Source: Bacilli bacterium
GTDB taxonomy: Bacteria > Bacillota_I > Bacilli_A > RF39 > UBA660
Assembly: GCA_024693165.1 (NCBI GenBank)
Contig: JAILLM010000046.1
Span: 1 to 29,470, forward strand
Reading direction: 5' to 3'
Length of the DNA stretch: 29,470 nt
The notes beneath the pieces were generated by a model that made no database searches, had not been told where the DNA came from, and was given only the letters and a program-made list of their open reading frames with translations. This document shows positions 1-8,584 of the stretch, one piece after another. The position numbers and the translations under genes are program-made. The first letter of the stretch is position 1; each line of letters begins with the position of its first letter.

Positions 1-40
1 TTTAAAAAATGTTCAAAAAGGTTTAGAAAAAGATGTTAAT
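1..40. repeat. Perfect 40-bp inverted duplication of positions 200-239 (probable fold-back artefact)
   Basis: 1-40 (TTTAAAAAATGTTCAAAAAGGTTTAGAAAAAGATGTTAAT) is the exact reverse complement of 200-239; identity stops abruptly at 41/199. Confidence 0.95.
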
Positions 41-1336
41 AAATAAAGCAAAAGCTACTGTTATATTAATAAATATGCATACTACTCCAATAACAAATAA
101 TACTAAACCTATAATAAAGAATAATTTAGATAAAGAATTATTTTGATTAGTCTTTTGAACTACTACAGGTATAGTCTTTTCTTTAGCTTCAATATATTCA
201 TTAACATCTTTTTCTAAACCTTTTTGAACATTTTTTAAACTTTCAATAGATTCACCATAGAAGTGCTTATTTAATTCTTTTTCTTCATCAAATTCTTCAA
301 CATCTTCAAAAGAACTAACATTAATTTCTAATTTATTATATTTTTTAATCTTTTTAGAAATATCATCTAAAGTATCTTCATCAGGCTTATTCTTAAAGCA
401 TCTTTTTAAAGATTCATAATTACTTAATTGAACTTCAGAAATTCTATTATTTTGAATTACTTCTTTTAAACTAGATATTTTTTTATCAACTAATTTAGCA
501 TTCCTAATCATTTCAATGCTAGGAATCTTAGAATACTCAAATTCATATTTTTTCTTTTGATTATTCTTTTCCTTTAAATCTAAAACCATTTGCTTATAGT
601 TTTTCCATTTTTCAACCAAAGCACCTAACCCAGCAGCTTCTTCATATTTCTTTTCAGCTTCATTTTTAAGTACTTGAGCAGAATTTAATTTATCATATAA
701 ATACTTATCTAAATTTTCTTTTTTAGACTCTTTTTCACTTATATCTAAATCTAAATTCTTTATAGATTCTTTTAATTCTTTAATTCTTTTTTCATTATTC
801 TTAGTAGTATCTTTTATTCTCTTTTTAACTACTTCGATGTCAAATTCTTCACCAATGTTTTCAACATAATTATTAAGTTTTTTATTTATATCATCATCGG
901 TTTCAATTGTAATTTTATCTGAATTAATTGAGATTAATCTTTCAAAACTATCTCTATTAATGCCAAATACTGTATTACCAGGAATATCACCTAAGCAAGA
1001 ATTATCTTGAGTATTATTACAATACACATTCATTGTATCTTTAGTGTTGCTTTTAGAATCAAATGTTCTTTCAATTCTATATGTATTACCATTAAACTCA
1101 AACTCTATATTTCCACCATATATTCCACCTTTAAAAGGTAAATAATGTTTTCTATCTAAGAATTTAGCAGATGTACTTGTTACTTTATCTAATCCATAAA
1201 ACATCGCTTTAATAAATGAAGATAAAGTTGATTTACCAAAACCATTATTTTCACAAATAGATGTTAAATCATCAAATTTTAAATTGTAATTGGAAAACTT
1301 ACCATAATTATTAATATGTAGAGATAATAATTTCAT
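23..1336 (-). CDS. YhaN/SbcC-like AAA ATPase with coiled coil (3' end probably truncated)
   Basis: N-terminal 'MKLLSLHINNYGKF' and Walker A-like 'ENGFGKSTL', followed by a long coiled coil. Coupled by a TAATG overlap to the upstream nuclease. The stop codon lies inside the inverted-repeat junction. Confidence 0.85.
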   Translation of the reverse strand: MKLLSLHINNYGKFSNYNLKFDDLTSICENNGFGKSTLSSFIKAMFYGLDKVTSTSAKFLDRKHYLPFKGGIYGGNIEFEFNGNTYRIERTFDSKSNTKDTMNVYCNNTQDNSCLGDIPGNTVFGINRDSFERLISINSDKITIETDDDINKKLNNYVENIGEEFDIEVVKKRIKDTTKNNEKRIKELKESIKNLDLDISEKESKKENLDKYLYDKLNSAQVLKNEAEKKYEEAAGLGALVEKWKNYKQMVLDLKEKNNQKKKYEFEYSKIPSIEMIRNAKLVDKKISSLKEVIQNNRISEVQLSNYESLKRCFKNKPDEDTLDDISKKIKKYNKLEINVSSFEDVEEFDEEKELNKHFYGESIESLKNVQKGLEKDVNEYIEAKEKTIPVVVQKTNQNNSLSKLFFIIGLVLFVIGVVCIFINITVAFALFINIFF

Positions 1337-2400
1337 TAGTCTATCTCCTTTCCATTTATAACTCTTAAACCTAAATTGATGATTTTTTGTTTTTGCTCAT
1401 CTGTGTATTCACTATTAGATGCAGTACCTCTAATAAACTCTCCAATTAAAGAATTATCAGAATCATAATCTTCGACTTTAATCTCAAGTGATGTTTCATT
1501 TTTTACATCAATAAAGAAGAAATTTGCTTCAAGAAGACTTTTTATATCATCTTCTTCAAATTCAATATCCGCAGGTAATTCACCTTTTAAAGTAATTCTC
1601 AAAATATCTTTTTTATCAAAAGATTTAACTTCATCTTTTACCTTTTGAACAATATCATGCAAATCTTTAGCTCCAAATACATCGACATCAACATTATAAA
1701 TATATCTACATGCAAAAGGCACAAATTCATAAGAAATCTTATCAGTTACATCTAGAACTACAAAACCTTTTTCGCCAAATTCATCAAAACCTCTACCCTC
1801 AAGACATCCAGGATAAACATAGATTCCTCTTTCATCAATTTTACCTTCACCAAATGAATGAATATGTCCTAAAGCGAGATAATCTATACCTTTATTCTTT
1901 AAATTATCTATTTTAATTTTATCTGTTCCAACAGTATTACTAACTTCTCCATGTAACATAACAATATTAGTCTTTTTACTATCTAAAATAATTTTAGAAT
2001 AAAAAGATGATGCATTAGTTGAAGTAAGTTCAATTCCAGATATATCAATATCACCATAATTATATGTAGTTACAGATTCTTTGTTAAAAGTTTTTAAATT
2101 ATCTATTTCTTCAACATAAGAACCAGCTTTATCATGATTACCATTTAAATACAAAAAATCGATATCAGGATTATCTTTAATAACCTTATAAAAATACTCT
2201 TTAACCTTAACAGTAGGCTTATCTGAATCAAATACATCACCAGATAAAAGAACTATTTTTATACCATTATCAACTGCATACTCAACCATTCTATCAAATG
2301 TAGATAACAATTCTTTTTTTCTTTTATCACTTATAGTTTTAGGAAACTTAGACTCAATCTTGGAACCTAAATGAATATCAGCAGCATGTAATATTTTCAT
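1336..2400 (-). CDS. DNA repair exonuclease, SbcD/Mre11/YhaO metallophosphoesterase family
   Basis: Motifs 'HAADIHLG', 'SGDVFD', 'GNHD', 'MLHG', 'YLALGHIH', 'YPGCLEGRGFDE'. Confidence 0.92.
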   Translation of the reverse strand: MKILHAADIHLGSKIESKFPKTISDKRKKELLSTFDRMVEYAVDNGIKIVLLSGDVFDSDKPTVKVKEYFYKVIKDNPDIDFLYLNGNHDKAGSYVEEIDNLKTFNKESVTTYNYGDIDISGIELTSTNASSFYSKIILDSKKTNIVMLHGEVSNTVGTDKIKIDNLKNKGIDYLALGHIHSFGEGKIDERGIYVYPGCLEGRGFDEFGEKGFVVLDVTDKISYEFVPFACRYIYNVDVDVFGAKDLHDIVQKVKDEVKSFDKKDILRITLKGELPADIEFEEDDIKSLLEANFFFIDVKNETSLEIKVEDYDSDNSLIGEFIRGTASNSEYTDEQKQKIINLGLRVINGKEID

Positions 2401-2414
2401 AACTTCACTCTCCT

Positions 2415-3002
2415 TTAAATATATTTTTGAGTAATTTTATTAGCAATAACACTCAATATATAAGCACCAACAAATGCTAAAACAATTTTTATGATTGCAA
2501 TCGGATTATGGAATACTTCTACTACATTTGTACCAATAAATACAATGAAATAAATCATACAAAACTTACCAATAATCATACTTGCTAAATACTTCCTAAA
2601 ATTAATATTAGATAAACCACCACCAATATTAATTACAAATGAAGGTGTAAAAGGACAAGCAATGATTAATGATAATCCAGGCAAACTAATCTTATCAATT
2701 CCTTTACTGATAGATCTAACTATCTTGTATTTCGGATGTTTATCTAAATACTTAAAAACTTTTTCTTTAAAGACTCTTCTTGATAGCATAAAAACAAATG
2801 AACCACCTAAGATTGTTGCAGTTGAACTTAAAACGAATCCTAATAGTGTTCCAAATATTGTTATATTTACAATTACAAATGCTATTAAAGGAAGTATTGG
2901 AAAAATTGCTTCAACAAAAATTAGAAAGACACTAACAATTCCTCCAATTAAGCCTAAAGAATAAATAAAATTAATAACATCATTCAGTACTGCTTCCATC
3001 AT
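2415..3002 (-). CDS. TVP38/TMEM64 (DedA/VTT domain) membrane protein
   Basis: Hydrophobic; 'EAIFPILP', 'GTLLGFVLS', 'CPFTPSFVINIGGGLS', 'YLASMIIGK' fit the VTT/SNARE-associated family. The second Met (2999) has better RBS spacing. Confidence 0.85.
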   Translation of the reverse strand: MMEAVLNDVINFIYSLGLIGGIVSVFLIFVEAIFPILPLIAFVIVNITIFGTLLGFVLSSTATILGGSFVFMLSRRVFKEKVFKYLDKHPKYKIVRSISKGIDKISLPGLSLIIACPFTPSFVINIGGGLSNINFRKYLASMIIGKFCMIYFIVFIGTNVVEVFHNPIAIIKIVLAFVGAYILSVIANKITQKYI

Positions 3003-3025
3003 TCATCACCATTTAATTATAACAT

Positions 3026-3054
3026 AAAAAAGATGAAGAATTTTATTCTTCATC
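3026..3054 (-). terminator. Intrinsic terminator overlapping the virD4 stop codon
   Basis: Minus strand GATGAAGAAT-AAA-ATTCTTCATC followed by TTTTTT; the 5' arm is the last codons (GAT GAA GAA TAA). Confidence 0.85.
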
Positions 3055-5526
3055 AAAGAAATCATCAAAGAATTCATCATCTGAGACATACTTATATGGA
3101 TTTTCTTTAGGTTCCACTTTAGGTTCAACAGGTTTAGTTTGTTCAACCGGTTTTACAGTTATTGGTTCACTCTTAACCATTGAATCATAAGTCATTTGCT
3201 TAGTTGGATCAATAATACCTGTAAGTGGTTTATTAATTATTGGTTCACTAGGGAAACTAGGAGCTTTTGTTTCAGTATCAAGTGGATTTGTAAACATTGG
3301 TTTAGGTTCATGATTATCAACCTTAGGTTCAGTTGCTTTAGCACTTGATAATATTTCATTAAATGATGCAATATTAGATGCAGGTAACTTCTTATCATCA
3401 GGAGTTTCAATATCATCCTTAGGAATTGAAGGTAAATCTTTAGCCCCTTCAGTATTAAGTGGGTTAAGTTTATTTTCTTCATTAGCTTTCTTTTCAGCTT
3501 CTTCTTCAGCTTCAAGTTCTGCAATCTTAGCATCAATTTTCTTCATTAATTCTTCGATATTTATTCCTTGTGGTCTAGGTTGTTCTGGTCTAGAAGAAGG
3601 CATTCCGTCACCTCTCATCATATCTTCAAATGATGAAGGACCAGATGATTGTGGTCTTGAAGGCATTCCGCCTTGCATTCCAGCAGGCATTCCTGCAGGC
3701 ATTCCATTAGGCATTCCGCCTCCCATAGCTCCTAGCATTCCAAGCGGCATTCCACCACCCATACCTGGGCCAAATGGAGATCCACCCATCATACCTTTTC
3801 CACCCATTTTATTATTAATTTTAGATTTCATTCTTAAATTAACAAATTCTTTAATTTGGAAAACTTGAATTGGTTTCTTTTCTCTAGTAAAGAATTCAGC
3901 CTCATCATATTTTTCGTCTCCCCAATTAATATTAAATGCTTGTTTAAATTTAGTTTTAAATGGATGCATTCTTGATCTTAATACAATAACTTCGTTCATT
4001 TGTAATTTTTGAAGATCTGCTACTGTAATTAATGGATGTGATTCACTCTTTTCATCCTTTTTACTCTTAACTTCACCACATAGTTTAGAAATTTCTTCAA
4101 GTGCTGAAAGTTCAGTAGTTAATAGATAAATTAAGTTACCACAGTTTGAACGAATAGTTTCAGCATCATCCTTACCATATACATCATTTAATTGAGCAAA
4201 GTTTTGGATAATGAATGTAAATCTTATTTGTCTTGAACGTGCAGCTGTAACCATTGTAGTTACGTCTTTAAGCGCTGGCATGTTGGCAAACTCATCTAGT
4301 AAGAAGTTTGTTCTTACTGGAAGAGGTCCACCATTAGCTTGAGCAACGTCAATTAATGTTTCATATGCTTGCTTAATAAAGATTGTAGCAAGTGCATGAT
4401 ATGTTGTTTTTTCATCGTGAATAATTATAAATACAGCAGTTGGCTTTTTACCAATACTAGCCATATCAAAATCACTATATGAAAGCATTTCTGATAAATT
4501 TTCACGAGATGCGAATACACGAATCTTTTGACGGAATGTAGAAAGAATACCACCTTTAGTTTCAGTTGGAGAGTTAATTGTATTTGATGCAAAAACATAA
4601 GCAGATGAATCTTCCCCCTTCATATTAAAGTATTCTTTAATATAAGTAGACCCTGCTCCAAGTTTATCTTCACCAACAGTAGTCATAACATTGATTGAAC
4701 TAATATTACATTCTTCTTCTTTAGCATCTTGCATAAGTCCAAGTGCACAACCAGAGAAATAGTCTCCGGCACTATCTTGCCAGAATGGATCTTGGGCATC
4801 TTTATCTTTAACGATATTTTTACCAATATCATCTACTAATTCAATTGCTTTATCTACATTACCTTCTTTATATAATTTATAAGGAAGTGATAAAGGATTC
4901 CATGAATTACCTTGTGAAGGTTCACGGAAATTTAATACGATAATATCATAACCACGAGCCTTTAAATGATTTGTATGTCTTTTATACAACTCACCTTTAG
5001 GGTCAGTCATAATCATTGACTCTTTATGTTTCATTAAACTATAAATAAGTGGGTCAATTACGGCAGATGTTTTACCAGAACCAGTAATACCAATTACTAG
5101 TGTGTGGTTTTCACTATTATCTACCCACATTTTCTTACCATCATTAATTAAAACGGCACCTGCAGCTGGAGCATCAGGATCTTGTACTCCTACCTCTACC
5201 ATTTTAAATCCTTTTTTCATTTCTTTTTCTTTTAACCATCTAGAATATCCTTTTGATTCTTTTTCACCAAAAGTTAGTCCAAATCCTGAATCACTTTCAA
5301 ATATCTTTGATTCTACTGAAGTAAAAATAGCAACTTCAATACCAAAGAAAACTATAAGTGTAATTAAGAAATGAGGTCCAAATAATCCAGAGAATGGATT
5401 AAATGTGAATCCTTCTTCATTAATAACACTGAATAGATTTCCAATTAACCAAGAACAAAGGAAAAGTAAAAATATACTAAATGTTACAAAAATGACAAAA
5501 TCTTTAGGTCGTACTCTAAATTTCAC
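3043..5526 (-). CDS. virD4: Type IV secretion coupling protein (VirD4/TraG family) with long low-complexity C-terminal extension
   Basis: Two N-terminal TM segments, Walker A 'GITGSGKT', 'MIMTDPKGEL', 'SWNPL', 'DPFW', Walker B 'FLLDEFANMP', 'ARSRQIRFTFIIQNFAQL'. GTG start with AGAAGGG RBS. Confidence 0.93.
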   Translation of the reverse strand: MKFRVRPKDFVIFVTFSIFLLFLCSWLIGNLFSVINEEGFTFNPFSGLFGPHFLITLIVFFGIEVAIFTSVESKIFESDSGFGLTFGEKESKGYSRWLKEKEMKKGFKMVEVGVQDPDAPAAGAVLINDGKKMWVDNSENHTLVIGITGSGKTSAVIDPLIYSLMKHKESMIMTDPKGELYKRHTNHLKARGYDIIVLNFREPSQGNSWNPLSLPYKLYKEGNVDKAIELVDDIGKNIVKDKDAQDPFWQDSAGDYFSGCALGLMQDAKEEECNISSINVMTTVGEDKLGAGSTYIKEYFNMKGEDSSAYVFASNTINSPTETKGGILSTFRQKIRVFASRENLSEMLSYSDFDMASIGKKPTAVFIIIHDEKTTYHALATIFIKQAYETLIDVAQANGGPLPVRTNFLLDEFANMPALKDVTTMVTAARSRQIRFTFIIQNFAQLNDVYGKDDAETIRSNCGNLIYLLTTELSALEEISKLCGEVKSKKDEKSESHPLITVADLQKLQMNEVIVLRSRMHPFKTKFKQAFNINWGDEKYDEAEFFTREKKPIQVFQIKEFVNLRMKSKINNKMGGKGMMGGSPFGPGMGGGMPLGMLGAMGGGMPNGMPAGMPAGMQGGMPSRPQSSGPSSFEDMMRGDGMPSSRPEQPRPQGINIEELMKKIDAKIAELEAEEEAEKKANEENKLNPLNTEGAKDLPSIPKDDIETPDDKKLPASNIASFNEILSSAKATEPKVDNHEPKPMFTNPLDTETKAPSFPSEPIINKPLTGIIDPTKQMTYDSMVKSEPITVKPVEQTKPVEPKVEPKENPYKYVSDDEFFDDFFDEE
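3596..3800 (-). repeat. Imperfect tandem GGAATGCC/GGAATG repeats encoding Gly-Met-Pro units in VirD4
   Basis: Repeated plus-strand 'ggcattcc'; translation 'GGMPLGMLGAMGGGMPNGMPAGMPAGMQGGMP'. Confidence 0.8.
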
Positions 5527-5616
5527 ATTATCCCTTCTTTCACGTCATAGTATAATATATATTATATAAATAATCTATAAATATATTTTTCAAACATAAA
5601 AATGTTTACAAAAAAT

Positions 5617-5647
5617 AATATACATCTCCAGTTAACTGGAAAGTCAA
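5617..5647 (-). promoter_or_regulatory. Candidate virD4 promoter with 19-bp spacer containing a 14-bp palindrome (MerR-like architecture)
   Basis: Minus strand TTGACT-TTCCAGTTAACTGGAGATG-TATATT; perfect palindrome TCCAGTTAACTGGA at 5627-5640. Confidence 0.5.
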
Positions 5648-5654
5648 TAACTTT

Positions 5655-6173
5655 TTAATACATTCTAGATGTTCTTAATACCTTTATTAAGATTAAAAGT
5701 ACAAATATTAATATAATTATTCCAACAAATCCAAGAATACTATAAGCTATAAATCTTTTATACTTAGAAGTATCTGTTTTTTTAGTATCTTGAACTTTAG
5801 TAGTTGTAACTGCTGTTGGATCAGTTACTTTTAAAAGTATATTATATGTTCCATTACTTTCTTGTGTACTTAAACATTCAACACTATATTTACCAATACT
5901 ATCAATTACTCCATCAACAACTACTGTTCCATATAAGAATAATACTTCATCACTATCTGGAAAATTCTTAATAGTTCTTTTAAAGTTTTTAGATTTATTT
6001 AAACTATAATCAATTACTCCATCTTCACCAACAGATGAATCAAATGTAACTAATAATTCAGTAACATTTTCTTTAATATTAGAATCTACAAGTGCTGTTA
6101 TATTAAGAGTCTTTGCTGATGCTACCATTGGAAATAATAATAACATAATTGTAAATAATAAAACTTTTTTCAT
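5655..6173 (-). CDS. Hypothetical exported protein with signal peptide and C-terminal membrane anchor (T4SS operon)
   Basis: 'MKKVLLFTIMLLLFPMVASA' signal peptide (A-S-A site), Thr-rich linker, C-terminal hydrophobic helix with basic flank; no LPxTG. Confidence 0.75.
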   Translation of the reverse strand: MKKVLLFTIMLLLFPMVASAKTLNITALVDSNIKENVTELLVTFDSSVGEDGVIDYSLNKSKNFKRTIKNFPDSDEVLFLYGTVVVDGVIDSIGKYSVECLSTQESNGTYNILLKVTDPTAVTTTKVQDTKKTDTSKYKRFIAYSILGFVGIIILIFVLLILIKVLRTSRMY

Positions 6174-6184
6174 ATTATTCCCCT

Positions 6185-7516
6185 TTAAATTCCTTTGTAT
6201 GAGTAGAAACGCATAAATACATTTTGAGTATTATAAACACTTACCTTAATACCTGTTTTAGCAGAACTTGCATGTACCCATCTATTATTACCTAAGAAAA
6301 TAGCTGTATGTCCTTCACCATTTGCTCTTCTAACACCAACATCACCTGGTTTCATTCCATCAAATGATACTTGATTAAACCATCCACCACTATTATTAAA
6401 GATATTAGCAGTTGTTCCAAATCCAGGGTTTGTTCCTAAACCAGTCCAATAAGCCCAGTTAACAAAGTTAGAGCAGTCTATTCCAGTCGAAGGTATTCCA
6501 CCTAATCCAGGACCAGTTGCTTTTCCACCATATAAATAATTTAGACCTACTGCTGAAAGTGCAGCTCTAATAATACTCTTTCTTTGTTGAGATAAACTAT
6601 CCCATCCAGGTATTTCAGAAATAATCTTTTGAATTTCTTCTTCTGATAATCTGTGTCCTTGGTATTCGTTATGGCCGCCTCCGCCGCCACCGGAACCTCC
6701 ACCACTATCGTCTCCACCAGATTCACCTGGATCATCAGTATCAGCTTTTTCATCCCATTCATACTCATATGTATTTTCATATACTTGACTGGATGAAGTA
6801 TCACTTTCATCTGCAAAGGCAGTTGCAACAATTGATAGTAACAATACACCCATAATTATTGGGAATAATAATGCTATTGCAGTAAGTACTAATCTTTTTA
6901 TTAAAAACTTTTTAAGTTTGCCTTTACCTTGTTTAATTTTTTTAGCATTTTCTGCTAATGCTTTAACATCCATGTTTTTAGCAGCAACAACACCATCAAT
7001 AACACCTTCGGCTGTATCTAATACACCAGCTTGTTCAGCTGCTTCTGCTGTCTTTTTTACTGCCGCATTCTTTTCTAAAGCATCGGAAACTCTTCTTCCA
7101 GTTTTAGAATTACTTACATCTTTGGCTGCTTTTGCTGCTTCGGCATTACCACCTGAAAAATAAGCTGCAGCTCCACCTGCAAAGGCACTTTGGAATCTAG
7201 ATGTTGCAGATTGTTTAACTTTACCATCTTCACCAACTTCATAACCTGGTGCTACTTTGTCACCTGGTTTAAGTTCTGGTTCAGTTGGATTTCCATTTTC
7301 ATCAACTTGTGGTTCTTTATCTACAACTTGTTCTCCTAATTGAGGAGTTTGTTTTCCATCATCACCTGCTATTTTATCAGTAACTTTATCAAGTACATTT
7401 GTACCTTGTTGAACACCTTGAGTAATAGCTTGTGTTTTTGGATTTCCACCACCAGCTGCTGGATTAGTTCCTTGAGGTAATGGATTATTACCAGGAACTT
7501 TTGGAGCTTCATTCAT
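6185..7516 (-). CDS. NlpC/P60 (C40) peptidoglycan hydrolase, VirB1-like, single TM
   Basis: C-terminal 'YLYGG...GIDCSNFVNWAY...PGDV...GHTAIFLGNNRWVHAS' with Cys-His-His triad; central TM and Gly/Ser linker. RBS AGGAGGT favours ATG at 7516. Confidence 0.88.
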   Translation of the reverse strand: MNEAPKVPGNNPLPQGTNPAAGGGNPKTQAITQGVQQGTNVLDKVTDKIAGDDGKQTPQLGEQVVDKEPQVDENGNPTEPELKPGDKVAPGYEVGEDGKVKQSATSRFQSAFAGGAAAYFSGGNAEAAKAAKDVSNSKTGRRVSDALEKNAAVKKTAEAAEQAGVLDTAEGVIDGVVAAKNMDVKALAENAKKIKQGKGKLKKFLIKRLVLTAIALLFPIIMGVLLLSIVATAFADESDTSSSQVYENTYEYEWDEKADTDDPGESGGDDSGGGSGGGGGGHNEYQGHRLSEEEIQKIISEIPGWDSLSQQRKSIIRAALSAVGLNYLYGGKATGPGLGGIPSTGIDCSNFVNWAYWTGLGTNPGFGTTANIFNNSGGWFNQVSFDGMKPGDVGVRRANGEGHTAIFLGNNRWVHASSAKTGIKVSVYNTQNVFMRFYSYKGI

Positions 7517-7534
7517 AATCATTACCTCCTTTCA

Positions 7535-8038
7535 CTATATTTGTCCCATATATGATATCTTATAATTATTTATACCATTTGTACTTAATTTAAATTCAAT
7601 TCCTTGATCAGTAACTATTATAACTGTTCCTTTTTCAACTTTGAATGAATCAACTTTACTTTGTAAAACTTTTGATGCTCTAAGTTTTGTTAATTTCTTA
7701 ATTGCTTCATCTCTTGAAGCATAAGAATTTTTAGCTTTATCACTCATTAAATCATATAGTTTACCAGGATCATTACTCCACATTGTAACTAATTGTTTTA
7801 AATAGTATACAGCTAAATCATAATCATTTTTTTCAATAATTTTATATTCATTTGCTTCATAAGTTTTTATTATAGTTGGTACTTCTTCATAAGCACCAGG
7901 TTCATATATAATTGCTTCATCTCTCACATCTCTGATTGTATTATAAATTGTTAATCCAATAAATCCAAATACAACTACAAAGAACACAAGAAATAAAACT
8001 AAATTTTCTTTAAAGAAATTCTTCCATCCTTTATCCAT
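7535..8038 (-). CDS. Bitopic membrane protein, putative VirB8/TcpC-like T4SS component
   Basis: Short N-terminus, one TM, ~130 aa external domain ('YYLKQLVTMWSNDPGKLYDLMS'), position in operon. RBS GAGGTG before ATG 8038. VirB8 assignment is inferred. Confidence 0.55.
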   Translation of the reverse strand: MDKGWKNFFKENLVLFLVFFVVVFGFIGLTIYNTIRDVRDEAIIYEPGAYEEVPTIIKTYEANEYKIIEKNDYDLAVYYLKQLVTMWSNDPGKLYDLMSDKAKNSYASRDEAIKKLTKLRASKVLQSKVDSFKVEKGTVIIVTDQGIEFKLSTNGINNYKISYMGQI

Positions 8039-8576
8039 TAGCCACCTCATTGTAATCGCTTTCTACGATTGGTCTAACACTAAAATGGAATTTTCCATCT
8101 AAGACTACTTTTAAATATTCTTTTTTAAGTTCTTCACCAGTAGCTTGATTTTTAACTACACCATCAACATAAAATGTCATTACACCTTTAACTGTTTTTT
8201 GATACATTTTATTTGGTTGAAAAGATAATAAATCACTACTTATAAATACATATTTATTTATATTATCTTTAGTAATATTATTACTATCTACATAATCTAT
8301 TTCTAATATTTTTATTACTGAATCATAATCTTTCATATTAATAAAAGAATAATATTTTTCAATTGCTGCAGATACAGTTGAGTATCTACTAAAGTCATCA
8401 ACAATTGAATACTTAGTATCACTTTTATCTTTATTATTAAAAAGATCACTTAAAGCATTTTTCATTGGGAAGAAGATGTTTATTATTACTACTATAACAA
8501 TAAGAGCAATTGCACCTATTCCCCAATAACTTAATACTTTTTTCTCTTGTTGTGAAATATTTAGTTTACTAGCCAT
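8031..8576 (-). CDS. Bitopic membrane protein, putative VirB8/TcpC-like T4SS component
   Basis: One TM, external domain 'AIEKYYSFINMKDYDSVIKIL' (NTF2-like helix pattern); overlaps the next gene; RBS AGGTGG before ATG 8576. Confidence 0.55.
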   Translation of the reverse strand: MASKLNISQQEKKVLSYWGIGAIALIVIVVIINIFFPMKNALSDLFNNKDKSDTKYSIVDDFSRYSTVSAAIEKYYSFINMKDYDSVIKILEIDYVDSNNITKDNINKYVFISSDLLSFQPNKMYQKTVKGVMTFYVDGVVKNQATGEELKKEYLKVVLDGKFHFSVRPIVESDYNEVANG

Positions 8577-8584
8577 ATTACCAC

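Noticed and set aside
1710-1916. 68-aa plus-strand ORF
   Set aside because: Antisense to the nuclease gene; no RBS or motif.
2662-5374. Short ORFs 2662-2964, 3237-3536, 5102-5374
   Set aside because: Antisense or alternate-frame shadows of the DedA and virD4 genes.
5551-5607. AT-only palindrome TATAATATATATTATA and AAACAT-N4-ATGTTT inverted repeat as oriT or operator
   Set aside because: Expected by chance in AT-rich DNA; no match to a nic site I recognise and no relaxase.
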